This document shows positions 19,640 through 29,758 of a stretch of 64,000 bases of DNA, one piece after another. The translations under genes were made by a program, and so were the position numbers. Under the pieces are notes generated by a model. The model searched no databases and had not been told where the DNA came from. It was given only the letters and a program-made list of their open reading frames with translations. Source of the DNA: Planctomycetota bacterium (GTDB taxonomy: Bacteria > Planctomycetota > J058); NCBI GenBank assembly GCA_023954375.1, contig JAMLIC010000019.1:20739-84738 (forward strand), given 5' to 3'. Position 1 is the first letter of the stretch. Each line of letters starts with the position of its first letter.

Positions 19640-19752
19640 GGCGACCTCCTCTCATGAAGCCACGCTTAACGACCGGTTCACCCCGATTTCGTCGCTGCGG
19701 GGCCGTGGGCAGGGGTACCACGGCGGGGCGCCGCGGCGCAAGGAGGTCCCCC

Positions 19753-21036
19753 GTGCGCAGCAGGGCCGCGCTCCTCGCCCTCACCCTGGTCGGCGGCTGC
19801 TCCTTCGCGCTCGAGCGCCACAACGCCGGGATCGCGCACCTCGAGCGGGCGCCGGCGCCGGCCGGGCCGCTGGCCGTCGGGGCGAAGTACGCCGGCTGGC
19901 TCGCGTCGGCGCCGCTGGCCGTCGGCCTCACGCCGCTCGCGGCCCTCGCCTGGGCGACCCCCTGGGTCGACCTGCCGCTGGCGGTGGACGTCGTCACGGC
20001 CCCGGGGATCGCCCTCGGCTACGCCTTCCAGGCGCTCGTGGGCTACCCGGCCCGGGCGCTGTTCTTCTGGACCGGCCCGCCGGCGAGCGAGCGCTCGCCG
20101 CGCCAGGTGGAGGCGTGGCGCGCGCCTCCGGGCCCCGGGCCGCCGTGGGGGCTGGTGCGCGAGCGCTGGGCGCTCGACCCCGCGCCCCGGCCGGCGCGCC
20201 TGCTGGGCGACGAGGACCGCGCCCGCTACGCCGTGCCGGCCTGGGCGCCGGCCCTGGCGGCCCGCGTCGACGCCGCCCTCGCCGGCGCGCGGCCGGGCGA
20301 GGCGGCGGCGCTGCGCCTCGAGGACGAGGCCGCGATGCCGGCGACGCTCGAGGTGACGCGCGCCGACGGTTCCGGCGCGCGACCGCTCGTCGTCATGACG
20401 CCGCCGCTCGAGGCGGCCTTCGCCGCGCGCTGGCTGGCGGCGCGCTTCGCCCGCCGGGGCGCCCACGCGGCCGTGATCGTGCCGGACGCCCTGTTCATGC
20501 AGCCCGACCTCGACGGCCCGGGGCTCGAGCGCAAGCTCGCCGCCGCCGTCGCCCACGGCCGGGCGACGGTCGACGCGCTGGCCGGCCGCCCCGAGGTGTC
20601 GCGCGTGGTCTACCTGGGCGTCTCGGCCGGCGGGATCTACGGCGCGGTGCTCCTCGCCGCCGAGCCGCGCCTCGAGCGCGCGGCGCTGCTCCTGCCGGGG
20701 GGCGACCTGCCGCGGATCCTCGCCACGAGCGAGGAGCCCTCGGTCGTCGCCTGGCGCGAGGCCCGCGCCGCGGCGGGGCTCGAGGGCGAGGCGCTCGCGG
20801 CCGACCTGCGCCGCCACGTGCGCACCGACCCCCTGCGGCTGGCGCCGCACGTCGACCCGTCGCGGGTGCTCCTGTTCCTCGGGGCCGAGGACACCCTCGT
20901 GCCGACCGCCTGCGGGCTGCGCCTGCGGCGCGCCATGGGCGACCCCGAGACCTACGTGCTCGCCGGCGACCACGACACGGCCTGCTTCGGCTTCGGGTTC
21001 ATCCTCCGGCGGGTCGACGCGTTCCTGGGGCTGTGA
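19753..21036 (+). CDS. Alpha/beta-hydrolase lipoprotein
   Basis: ORF 19654-21036 trimmed to GTG 19753, which lies 6 nt after AGGAGG. Lipobox LVGGC and nucleophile elbow GVSAGG. Confidence 0.75.
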   Translation: MRSRAALLALTLVGGCSFALERHNAGIAHLERAPAPAGPLAVGAKYAGWLASAPLAVGLTPLAALAWATPWVDLPLAVDVVTAPGIALGYAFQALVGYPARALFFWTGPPASERSPRQVEAWRAPPGPGPPWGLVRERWALDPAPRPARLLGDEDRARYAVPAWAPALAARVDAALAGARPGEAAALRLEDEAAMPATLEVTRADGSGARPLVVMTPPLEAAFAARWLAARFARRGAHAAVIVPDALFMQPDLDGPGLERKLAAAVAHGRATVDALAGRPEVSRVVYLGVSAGGIYGAVLLAAEPRLERAALLLPGGDLPRILATSEEPSVVAWREARAAAGLEGEALAADLRRHVRTDPLRLAPHVDPSRVLLFLGAEDTLVPTACGLRLRRAMGDPETYVLAGDHDTACFGFGFILRRVDAFLGL

Positions 21037-21197
21037 TCGCCGCCGGACCAGCCCTCGATCGGAGCAGCACGCGAGGCGAGGCCGACGAGGCCGAGCCGCG
21101 GCGGCAGAGCGCCACGGGCGACGACGTCGCGACCTACTTCGAGCCCGCGCGCGCGCCGCCGCGGCCGGCATCGTCGGCCGCAGCCGTCGAGCACACC

Positions 21198-23177
21198 TCA
21201 GCGGTCGCGCAGGCGCTCGAGGCCCGCCTGCGCGGCGCGGGCGAGCGGAGCATGCGTCGATGCGGCGGCGCGGGTGTACCACTCGCGCGCCTTCTGTCGA
21301 TCCGGGGCCACGCCCCCCGCCCCGCGCTCGTACAGGGTCCCCAGCTCGAGCGCCGCGGGCAGGTGGCCCCGCAGCGCCGCACGCTCGACCCAGCGGAACC
21401 CGGCCTGCGGGTCCGGGCGCACGCCGCGGCCGGCGACGAGCAGCGCCCCGAAGGTGGTCATCCCCCCCGGGTGGTCCTGCATGGCCGCGCGCCAGGCCCA
21501 CTCGGCGGCGGCGGCGAGGTCCTGCGCCTGCCCCGAGCGGCCGTCGCGCAGCGCCCTCGCCAGGCGGTCCTGCGCGGTCGGGAGCCCCGCGTCGGCGCAG
21601 TGACGGAGGCACTCCTGGAAGGCGGCCTCGTCACGGACGACCTCCGTGACGCACATGCGCATCCAGCACGCGTCCGCGCTCCGAGGGTACGCGGCGAAGA
21701 CCGCCGCGTGCGCGGCCTCGACCGACTCGCGCACGCGGGGGTCCCGGAGGTACCCCTCGCGGTCGGCGGCCAGCCGCGAGAGCTCCCAGTGGACGTCGAG
21801 CACCAACCCCGCGAGCGCCGGCTCGTCCGGCCGGCGCCGGGCGCTCGCCTGGACGAAGTCGAACATGACCCGCGGGTCGTTGCCGCTCCACTTGGGCATG
21901 AGCGCCTGCAGGCGGAGCTCGTGGGCGAGCACGTGCCGCGGGTCGCGTCGGAGCGCCTCGTCGAGGTGGCGCTGCTCCTCCTCGGCCCCCAGGCGCAGGC
22001 CCATCGCGACCTTGATGAGGATGGCGGGCGCCCGCGCCAACCGTCGGTCCAGCTCGGCCGCGCGCTCCAGGGCCGCGCGCGCGACCTCGAGCCGCTCCTT
22101 GAACAGGCGCCAGCCCTCGGCCGTGACCGTGTCGGCGTAGCCGCTCCCCCGCGCCTCCCAGGCCCACTTCATGTTGAACTCCCCCCAGAGCAGGTGCGCC
22201 AAGGGGGAGCGGGGCTGCTGCTTGACCCAGGCTGACAGGGGCGCCTGGACGCGCGCGGCGGGCTCGGCGGCCACGACGGCGACCAGCCGGTCGAGCGCGG
22301 GGGCGTGGTCGCCCGCGCGGCGCCCCGCGGCCCGGACCCGGGCGAGGGTCGCATCCACGTCGCCGAAGCGGCCCGCGTCCAGCCCCTCCAGGCACGCGCC
22401 CACGTGGACGCGCTCCGCCAGCTCGGGGAAGGCGGTGGGGTCCGCCGGCGGCACGAACAGGCCGCCCTGGCGGGTCACCGGCGCGGCGCGAGGGGCGGCC
22501 GGCGCGGCGGGGGGCTCCGGCGCCCCGGCGTCGACGGGCGCCGGCGGTCGGGTCGGCCGCGCGGGCGGCGGCCGCTCGCCGGCGAGCAGCTCCGCCACCT
22601 GCGGCATGAGCGTCCAGTTGACGTCGTCAGGGGGCGCCGGCCCCGTCCCGTCGGCGATCACGCGCAGGTCGCGTCCGACGAGCCACAGGCCGGCGGCGAG
22701 CCGCGCGCCCGGCGCGCCGGCGGCCACGAGCACGTGCGTGTTCGGGCGCGCATCGAGGCGGAAGTGCGCCGCCCACGCGCGGGCCTCGTCGAGCGTGGGC
22801 GGCCGCTCGCCGCTCGAGCCGCGCACGAGGAGCTGGACCCGGAGCAGGTCCGGGTGGGCGGAGCTCACGCCGCAGGCGCCGAGGAGCTCGTCGAGGGAGA
22901 GCTGGTCGGGCGCCGGCGCGACGCCGCCGAACCCGCCGCGCAGGTTGCCGCCGGCGTACGCCTGCGACACGGGGTCCCCGAGGAGCACCGGCTCGATGAG
23001 GAGCACCTTGCCACGCAGCGTCGAGAGCTGGAAGCGCCGCCCCTGGAGGTCGGTGAGCTCGAGGGCCGGGAAGGGCTCCCCCTTCCGCGGGGGCCACGGC
23101 CTGCCCTCCTGCGCCAGGGCGCTCGTCGCGAGGCAGGCGACCACCACGAGGTGCAACACGGCGAGGTCCGAGCGCAT
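21198..23177 (-). CDS. Secreted multidomain protein: thioredoxin/redoxin-like N-domain (no CxxC), DUF4034-like middle, Sel1 repeats
   Basis: This is only the C-terminal 659 aa of the 1501-aa ORF. ATG 23177 has GGAGG upstream and begins a signal peptide (MRSDLAVLHLVVVACLATSALA). WGEFNMKWAWEARGSGYADTVTAEGW resembles DUF4034, and the C-terminal Sel1-like repeats include GTLYERGAGGVAPDRQKAREWY. Confidence 0.75.
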   Translation of the reverse strand: MRSDLAVLHLVVVACLATSALAQEGRPWPPRKGEPFPALELTDLQGRRFQLSTLRGKVLLIEPVLLGDPVSQAYAGGNLRGGFGGVAPAPDQLSLDELLGACGVSSAHPDLLRVQLLVRGSSGERPPTLDEARAWAAHFRLDARPNTHVLVAAGAPGARLAAGLWLVGRDLRVIADGTGPAPPDDVNWTLMPQVAELLAGERPPPARPTRPPAPVDAGAPEPPAAPAAPRAAPVTRQGGLFVPPADPTAFPELAERVHVGACLEGLDAGRFGDVDATLARVRAAGRRAGDHAPALDRLVAVVAAEPAARVQAPLSAWVKQQPRSPLAHLLWGEFNMKWAWEARGSGYADTVTAEGWRLFKERLEVARAALERAAELDRRLARAPAILIKVAMGLRLGAEEEQRHLDEALRRDPRHVLAHELRLQALMPKWSGNDPRVMFDFVQASARRRPDEPALAGLVLDVHWELSRLAADREGYLRDPRVRESVEAAHAAVFAAYPRSADACWMRMCVTEVVRDEAAFQECLRHCADAGLPTAQDRLARALRDGRSGQAQDLAAAAEWAWRAAMQDHPGGMTTFGALLVAGRGVRPDPQAGFRWVERAALRGHLPAALELGTLYERGAGGVAPDRQKAREWYTRAAASTHAPLARAAQAGLERLRDR

Positions 23178-23411
23178 GAGCGCCTCCGTCCGCCAGGGAT
23201 GGTAACGGTGGTTTTCACTCGTCACCACCGGCAGCCCGCCGGGCCGTCTCCGCGGTGCAACGAGTCGCGTGCGATCGGCCGGGCAGGAGCTGCCCACCGA
23301 GGAGGGCACGGTCGAGGTCGTACGGGACCGCTGACCGCCGACCCTGCGCGGCGGTCGACCTCGTGGCACACTCCGCCGCTTCCCCGCCGGGGACGGGGGT
23401 GGAGGAGCGCG

Positions 23412-25520
<2,109 letters not shown>

Positions 25521-25720
25521 GCGCGTGCCCGCGCGGGACGCGCGTGTCCCGCCGCGGCCGGCGGCGCCTGGACCTGCGCCGGTCCGGCCTTCGCGCCGCG
25601 TCCCTTCGACTCGCCGAAGCGCAGCGTGTGGGAGGCGCGGAACGGGCCAGACGCCCTCGCCCGGGCACTTGCGCCGATCGCGCCCCCCTCGCGAGCGCAT
25701 CACTCAGAGGAGGAGGCCCC

Positions 25721-26137
25721 GTGTCGTTCGCCGTGCAGATGCTCAGGACCCACCCGCGCTCGGCCCAGGGGGAGCTCGACGCGCTCGCGGCGTGCATCGA
25801 CGCCTGCTTCGACTGCGCGGAGACGTGCACCGCCTGCGCCGACGCCTGCCTGGGCGAGGAGGACGTCAAGGCGCTGGTCGAGTGCATCCGCCTCGACCTC
25901 GACTGCGCCGACGTGTGCGACACGACGGGCCGGCTGATCTCGCGGCAGACGGCCCGCAACGCCGACGTGCTGCGCGCCCAGCTCGCGGCGTGCATCGCGG
26001 CCTGCCGGGCGTGCGCGGAGGTGTGCGAGCGCCACGCGGGGAAGCACGAGCACTGCCGGGTCTGCGCGGAGGCGTGCCGCCGCTGCGAGGAGGCCTGCAA
26101 GGCGCTGCTGCAGGGCGCGCCGGCGCCGTCGAGCTGA
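25721..26137 (+). CDS. Cys-rich four-helix-bundle protein (DUF326-type, putative copper binding)
   Basis: GTG 25721 lies 4-5 nt after GAGGAGGAGG. Repeated CxxxC/CxxC spacing (CIDACFDCAETCTACADAC ... CIAACRACAEVC ... CRVCAEACRRCEEAC). Confidence 0.8.
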   Translation: MSFAVQMLRTHPRSAQGELDALAACIDACFDCAETCTACADACLGEEDVKALVECIRLDLDCADVCDTTGRLISRQTARNADVLRAQLAACIAACRACAEVCERHAGKHEHCRVCAEACRRCEEACKALLQGAPAPSS

Positions 26138-26273
26138 GCGCGCGTCCGCGAGCGGACCGGCCCGGACCGGGGCCGGACAGCGAGACGAACCGGTCGACCC
26201 AACCCGCGGCGTCCGGGCGGTCGAGCTCCGGCACGTCGGGTGCACAGGAGGCCCGCACCGGAGGAAGATCGCC

Positions 26274-26450
26274 ATGAAGAAGCTCGTCGCCGCCCTGCTC
26301 GTCGCCGTGTCCGTGTCGGGCCTCGAGGTCGCCGCCTGCGGCGGCATGACCCAGATCGACCCGCCCTCGCTCCAGCTCCGGACCGGCCCCGAGGAGCAGC
26401 CCCTCGAGTCGATCCTCGACGAGATCGACGAGTGCCTGGTGATCGCCTAG
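26274..26450 (+). CDS. 58-aa lipoprotein (not in the ORF track; below its size cut-off)
   Basis: ATG 26274 follows GGAGGAAG. Sequence: MKKLVAALLVAVSVSGLEVAACGGMTQIDPPSLQLRTGPEEQPLESILDEIDECLVIA, with a signal peptide, a lipobox-like VAAC and an acidic tail. Confidence 0.55.
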   Translation: MKKLVAALLVAVSVSGLEVAACGGMTQIDPPSLQLRTGPEEQPLESILDEIDECLVIA

Positions 26451-26467
26451 ACCCCCGAACACCTGCC

Positions 26468-26537
<70 letters not shown>

Positions 26538-26546
26538 GTCTCCGGA

Positions 26547-26575
26547 CCACCGCAGCGCTCGTGGCGCTGCGGTGG
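26547..26575. terminator. 12-bp perfect hairpin between convergent genes (no U-tract)
   Basis: CCACCGCAGCGC-TCGTG-GCGCTGCGGTGG, located 13 nt from the PBP stop codon. Confidence 0.45.
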
Positions 26576-26587
26576 CTCCGTGTACGC

Positions 26588-28426
26588 TCACCGCGAGGGC
26601 CGCGCCGCCACCTCGACCCGGGGGCTCGGCGTCACGCGCAGCCGGCGGAGGGCCTGCTCGGCCACCCGCCCGGCCACGGGGGCGGCGATCGTGCCGCCCC
26701 AGGCCTTCGCCCGCGCGGTGCTCGGGCCCCAGACGACGACCGAGAAGGCGATCCGCGGCTCGTCGGCCGGCGCGAAGCCGCAGAACGAGGCCACGACCTC
26801 GCGGTCGTGGTAGCGACCGTCGACCAGCAGCTTGGTCGTGCCGGTCTTGCCGGCGACCCGGTAGGCGTCCGACTGGGCCCGGCGCGCCGTCCCGCGGGGG
26901 TCGTTGACCACGCGCTCGAGCGCCGCCCGCAGGGGGCCGCGGGCCACCTCGCCCGAGAGCGGGCGGGCGACCGCCTGCGGCGCCCACTCGCGCACGACCT
27001 CGCCCTGCCGGTCGCGCAGCTCGCGCACGAGCCGCGGGCGGTAGAGGGTGCCGCCGTTGGCCAGGGCGGCGTAGGCCATGGCCATCTGGAGCGGCGTCAC
27101 CGAGACCGCGTAGCCCTGGGCGTAGCTGCCGATCGTCGTCACGTCTCGCCTCGCGAGCGCGTCGGCCCGACCGGCGGCCTCGCCCGGCAGGTCGATCCCG
27201 CTCCTGCGCCCGAGGCCGAAGCCCGAGCCGACGCGCTGCGCCTGCTCGCCCGTGAGGCGCTGCGTGATCATGTAGGCGCCCGAGTTCGACGACTGCACGA
27301 TCACGTCCGCCTCGAGCACCTGCCCCACGAGGTGGTGGTCCTCCAGCGCCTTCTTGCGGCCGGGGACCACCAGCCGCTGCGGGCAGAAGATCGGCCGGTC
27401 GGGGCCGCCCAGGCCCAGCTCCCAGGCCGCGGCGATGAACAGCGGCTTGATCGTCGAGCCCGGCTCGTAGGTGTCGGTGATCGCCCGGCAGCGGATCCCG
27501 GGGAGCGTCTCGGCCGGCCGCTCGGGGTCGAACGGCGGCCAGGAGGCCAGGGCCAGCACGTCGCCGGTCCGCACGTCGACGACGACGCACGCGGCCCCCT
27601 GCGGCTGCGACTGCTCCGCCATGGCCGCCAGCTCGGCCTCGGCGATCGCCTGGACGCTCCGGTCGAGCGAGAGCACCGCGTCGAGCCCCGGGCGCGCCGG
27701 CACGTGCAGCCCGCCGGGCGCGACCCGCTCGCGCCGCAGGTTGTCGAGGCGCACCTCGCGCGTGCCGGGCGCGCCCGTGAGCGCCGCGTCGAGGACGCGC
27801 TCGAGGCCCGAGGCGTCGCGCCCCTCCTGGCCGACGAGGCCGAGCGCCTGCGCCGCGAGGGGGCCGAACGGCCAGGCGCGCACGGGCTCGTGCTCGAGCT
27901 GCACGTGCGGGAAGCGCATCGCCTTGATGCGCGTCATGGTCTCCGGCTCGAGGCGTCGGCGGCGGAAGTAGAAGGCCCGCCCGCGGCGGACGCGGTCCTC
28001 GACGAAGGCCCGCTCGGCCGGCGTCAGCGGGGCGTCGGGCTCGCAGGCGGCCGCGAGCGACGAGACGAAGGCCACGGCGTCGCGCCCGGGGCGCCCCTCG
28101 ACCAGGAGGCTGCCGCGGACCAGCGAGGCGGCGAGCGGCACCAGGCGCTCGCCGCCGTCGTGGACGAGCAGGCGCCCCCGCTCGGCCGGCTCCGGCCGCA
28201 GGCGCACGTGCTGGCGCTCCGCCGCCGCGCGCCAGCGCGGGTGCTCGAGCACCTGGAGCGTGTAGAGGCGGTGCGCGAGCAGCCCGTAGCCGACGAGCAG
28301 CCCGCACAGGGCCGCGCGCGCGAAGAGCCGGGCGCCCCGCGGCGCCTGCCCCGGGCGGAGGAGGCGGGCGCGCGCGTGCGCGAGGCGCAGGGCGGCCAGG
28401 AGCGCCGGGAGCGGGGACGCGCTCAC
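26588..28426 (-). CDS. ftsI: Penicillin-binding protein, FtsI/PBP2-type D,D-transpeptidase
   Basis: GTG 28426 is in a GTGA overlap with the ftsL stop. TM anchor present, with SxxK (STIK), SxN (SSN) and KTG (KTGT) motifs. The symbol is tentative and based on the adjacent ftsL. Confidence 0.85.
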   Translation of the reverse strand: MSASPLPALLAALRLAHARARLLRPGQAPRGARLFARAALCGLLVGYGLLAHRLYTLQVLEHPRWRAAAERQHVRLRPEPAERGRLLVHDGGERLVPLAASLVRGSLLVEGRPGRDAVAFVSSLAAACEPDAPLTPAERAFVEDRVRRGRAFYFRRRRLEPETMTRIKAMRFPHVQLEHEPVRAWPFGPLAAQALGLVGQEGRDASGLERVLDAALTGAPGTREVRLDNLRRERVAPGGLHVPARPGLDAVLSLDRSVQAIAEAELAAMAEQSQPQGAACVVVDVRTGDVLALASWPPFDPERPAETLPGIRCRAITDTYEPGSTIKPLFIAAAWELGLGGPDRPIFCPQRLVVPGRKKALEDHHLVGQVLEADVIVQSSNSGAYMITQRLTGEQAQRVGSGFGLGRRSGIDLPGEAAGRADALARRDVTTIGSYAQGYAVSVTPLQMAMAYAALANGGTLYRPRLVRELRDRQGEVVREWAPQAVARPLSGEVARGPLRAALERVVNDPRGTARRAQSDAYRVAGKTGTTKLLVDGRYHDREVVASFCGFAPADEPRIAFSVVVWGPSTARAKAWGGTIAAPVAGRVAEQALRRLRVTPSPRVEVAARPSR

Positions 28427-28686
28427 CGCGTCGCCCCGGTGAGCGCGTCGAGCTCGGCCTGGCCGGCGACGTTCAGGGCGCGGGCGCGCTCGACGAGGCG
28501 CTCGGGGACGGCCGCCTGCTCGTACTCGAGCCGGCGGACCTTCTCCTCCTCGACCAGCCGGGCCCGCTCCTCCTCGAGGGCGCGGACCTCGTAGCCGAGG
28601 CGCGTGCGCTCGACGTGCTCGGCCACCGTGAGCACGGCGAGCACCCCGACGAGCGCGATGACGAGCAGGTAGCGCAGCGCGGACAC
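28423..28686 (-). CDS. ftsL: FtsL-like cell division protein
   Basis: 87 aa with an N-terminal TM helix (LLVIALVGVLAVLTV), then RLGYEVRALEEERARL and a coiled coil. Confidence 0.7.
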   Translation of the reverse strand: MSALRYLLVIALVGVLAVLTVAEHVERTRLGYEVRALEEERARLVEEEKVRRLEYEQAAVPERLVERARALNVAGQAELDALTGATR

Positions 28687-28728
28687 GGTCGCCCCCGCCC
28701 CCTCTTCGGTCGGGGCGGGGGGGCGCCT

Positions 28729-29400
28729 TCAGCCCCGCGTCAGCGTCAGGACGAACACGTCCCGCGTCCGCGGCGGGTCGGCCACCGTGCGCACCTCGAG
28801 CGCGCAGCGGAGGCCGCGGGCCGCGGCCAGGTCGGCGAACCCCTGCAGATACGGCCGCCCCGGGTCGGTGACCACGGCGCGGCCGCCGGGCGCCAGGGCC
28901 AGGTCGATCGCCCGGGCGACCCGCGGCGGCAGGTCGGGGACGTAGTTCACGTCGGCGGCCAGGACGAGGTCGAAGCCGCGCGGCACGTCGTCCTCGCGGC
29001 GGAGGTCGACCGCCTGGTAGCGCACGCCCGGGGCGGCGTTTCGGGCCCGGTTGCGGGCCAGGAGGACCGGGACGTCGGGGTGGTAGTCGGTCGCCAGGAC
29101 CTCGGCGCCCAGCAGGCCCGCGACGAGGCTCGGCGCGGCCAGGCCGCAGCCCAGTTCGAGCACGCGCCGCCCGGCGAGGCCCTCGCGACCCAGGTCGGCC
29201 ACGACCTCGGCCAGGGCGCGGGCGCTGGGCCAGATCACGCCGAAGTAGGGGCACAGCTCCTCGAGGCGCGCGTCGTCGACCTCACCCTCGCGCGCGAGCG
29301 CGCCGGCGACGGCGTCGAGCGCCTGCCCCTCGTCGGTAAGGCGCTCGACGGCGAGGCGCATGGCGCCGAAGACCTCGTCCCGGACCTCCGTCGGCCCCAC
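28729..29400 (-). CDS. Class I SAM-dependent methyltransferase (not RsmH-like)
   Basis: 223 aa with motif I VLELGCGLAAPSL and post-I ATD. GTG start 5 nt after the upstream stop. Confidence 0.75.
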   Translation of the reverse strand: MGPTEVRDEVFGAMRLAVERLTDEGQALDAVAGALAREGEVDDARLEELCPYFGVIWPSARALAEVVADLGREGLAGRRVLELGCGLAAPSLVAGLLGAEVLATDYHPDVPVLLARNRARNAAPGVRYQAVDLRREDDVPRGFDLVLAADVNYVPDLPPRVARAIDLALAPGGRAVVTDPGRPYLQGFADLAAARGLRCALEVRTVADPPRTRDVFVLTLTRG

Positions 29401-29404
29401 CCCG

Positions 29405-29686
29405 TCAGAGCGGCGACCCGAAGGTGAACGCCAGCGTGTTCTCGACGGTCTTCAGCTGGAGCGGGCCCTCGACGAGGAGCTTCTCGAACGTCCCCTCGGG
29501 GTACTCCCACAGGCACAGGTCGACGCGCTGGCCGCTCACCTCCACCTGCCCCAGGTAGTAGTGCTCACGGCCCCCCTCCGCGCGCGGGCAGCTCTCGATG
29601 AACTCGAAGTCGAGGCGGCGGCCCTCGAACGTGACCGTCTGGTCGCCGAGCTGGAGCGTGAGGGTGCCCTGGACGGTGAAGTGCAT
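29405..29686 (-). CDS. Hypothetical 93-aa protein, first gene of the MTase-ftsL-ftsI string
   Basis: ATG start. The amino-acid composition looks non-artefactual (MHFTVQGTLTLQLGDQTVTFEGRRLDFEFIESC...). No family recognised. Confidence 0.55.
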   Translation of the reverse strand: MHFTVQGTLTLQLGDQTVTFEGRRLDFEFIESCPRAEGGREHYYLGQVEVSGQRVDLCLWEYPEGTFEKLLVEGPLQLKTVENTLAFTFGSPL

Positions 29687-29758
29687 GGGCGGAGTGGATC
29701 ACGCGGCGCGACCGGCGGCAAGCGGGCGCGACCGGGGCGCCCCTGCCACACTCGGCCC

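Noticed and set aside
19660-19685. LysR-type T-N11-A operator in the LysR/hydrolase divergent region (CTTAACGACCGGTTCAC)
   Set aside because: Only a 3-bp AAC...GTT dyad is present. That is too weak to call without comparative data.
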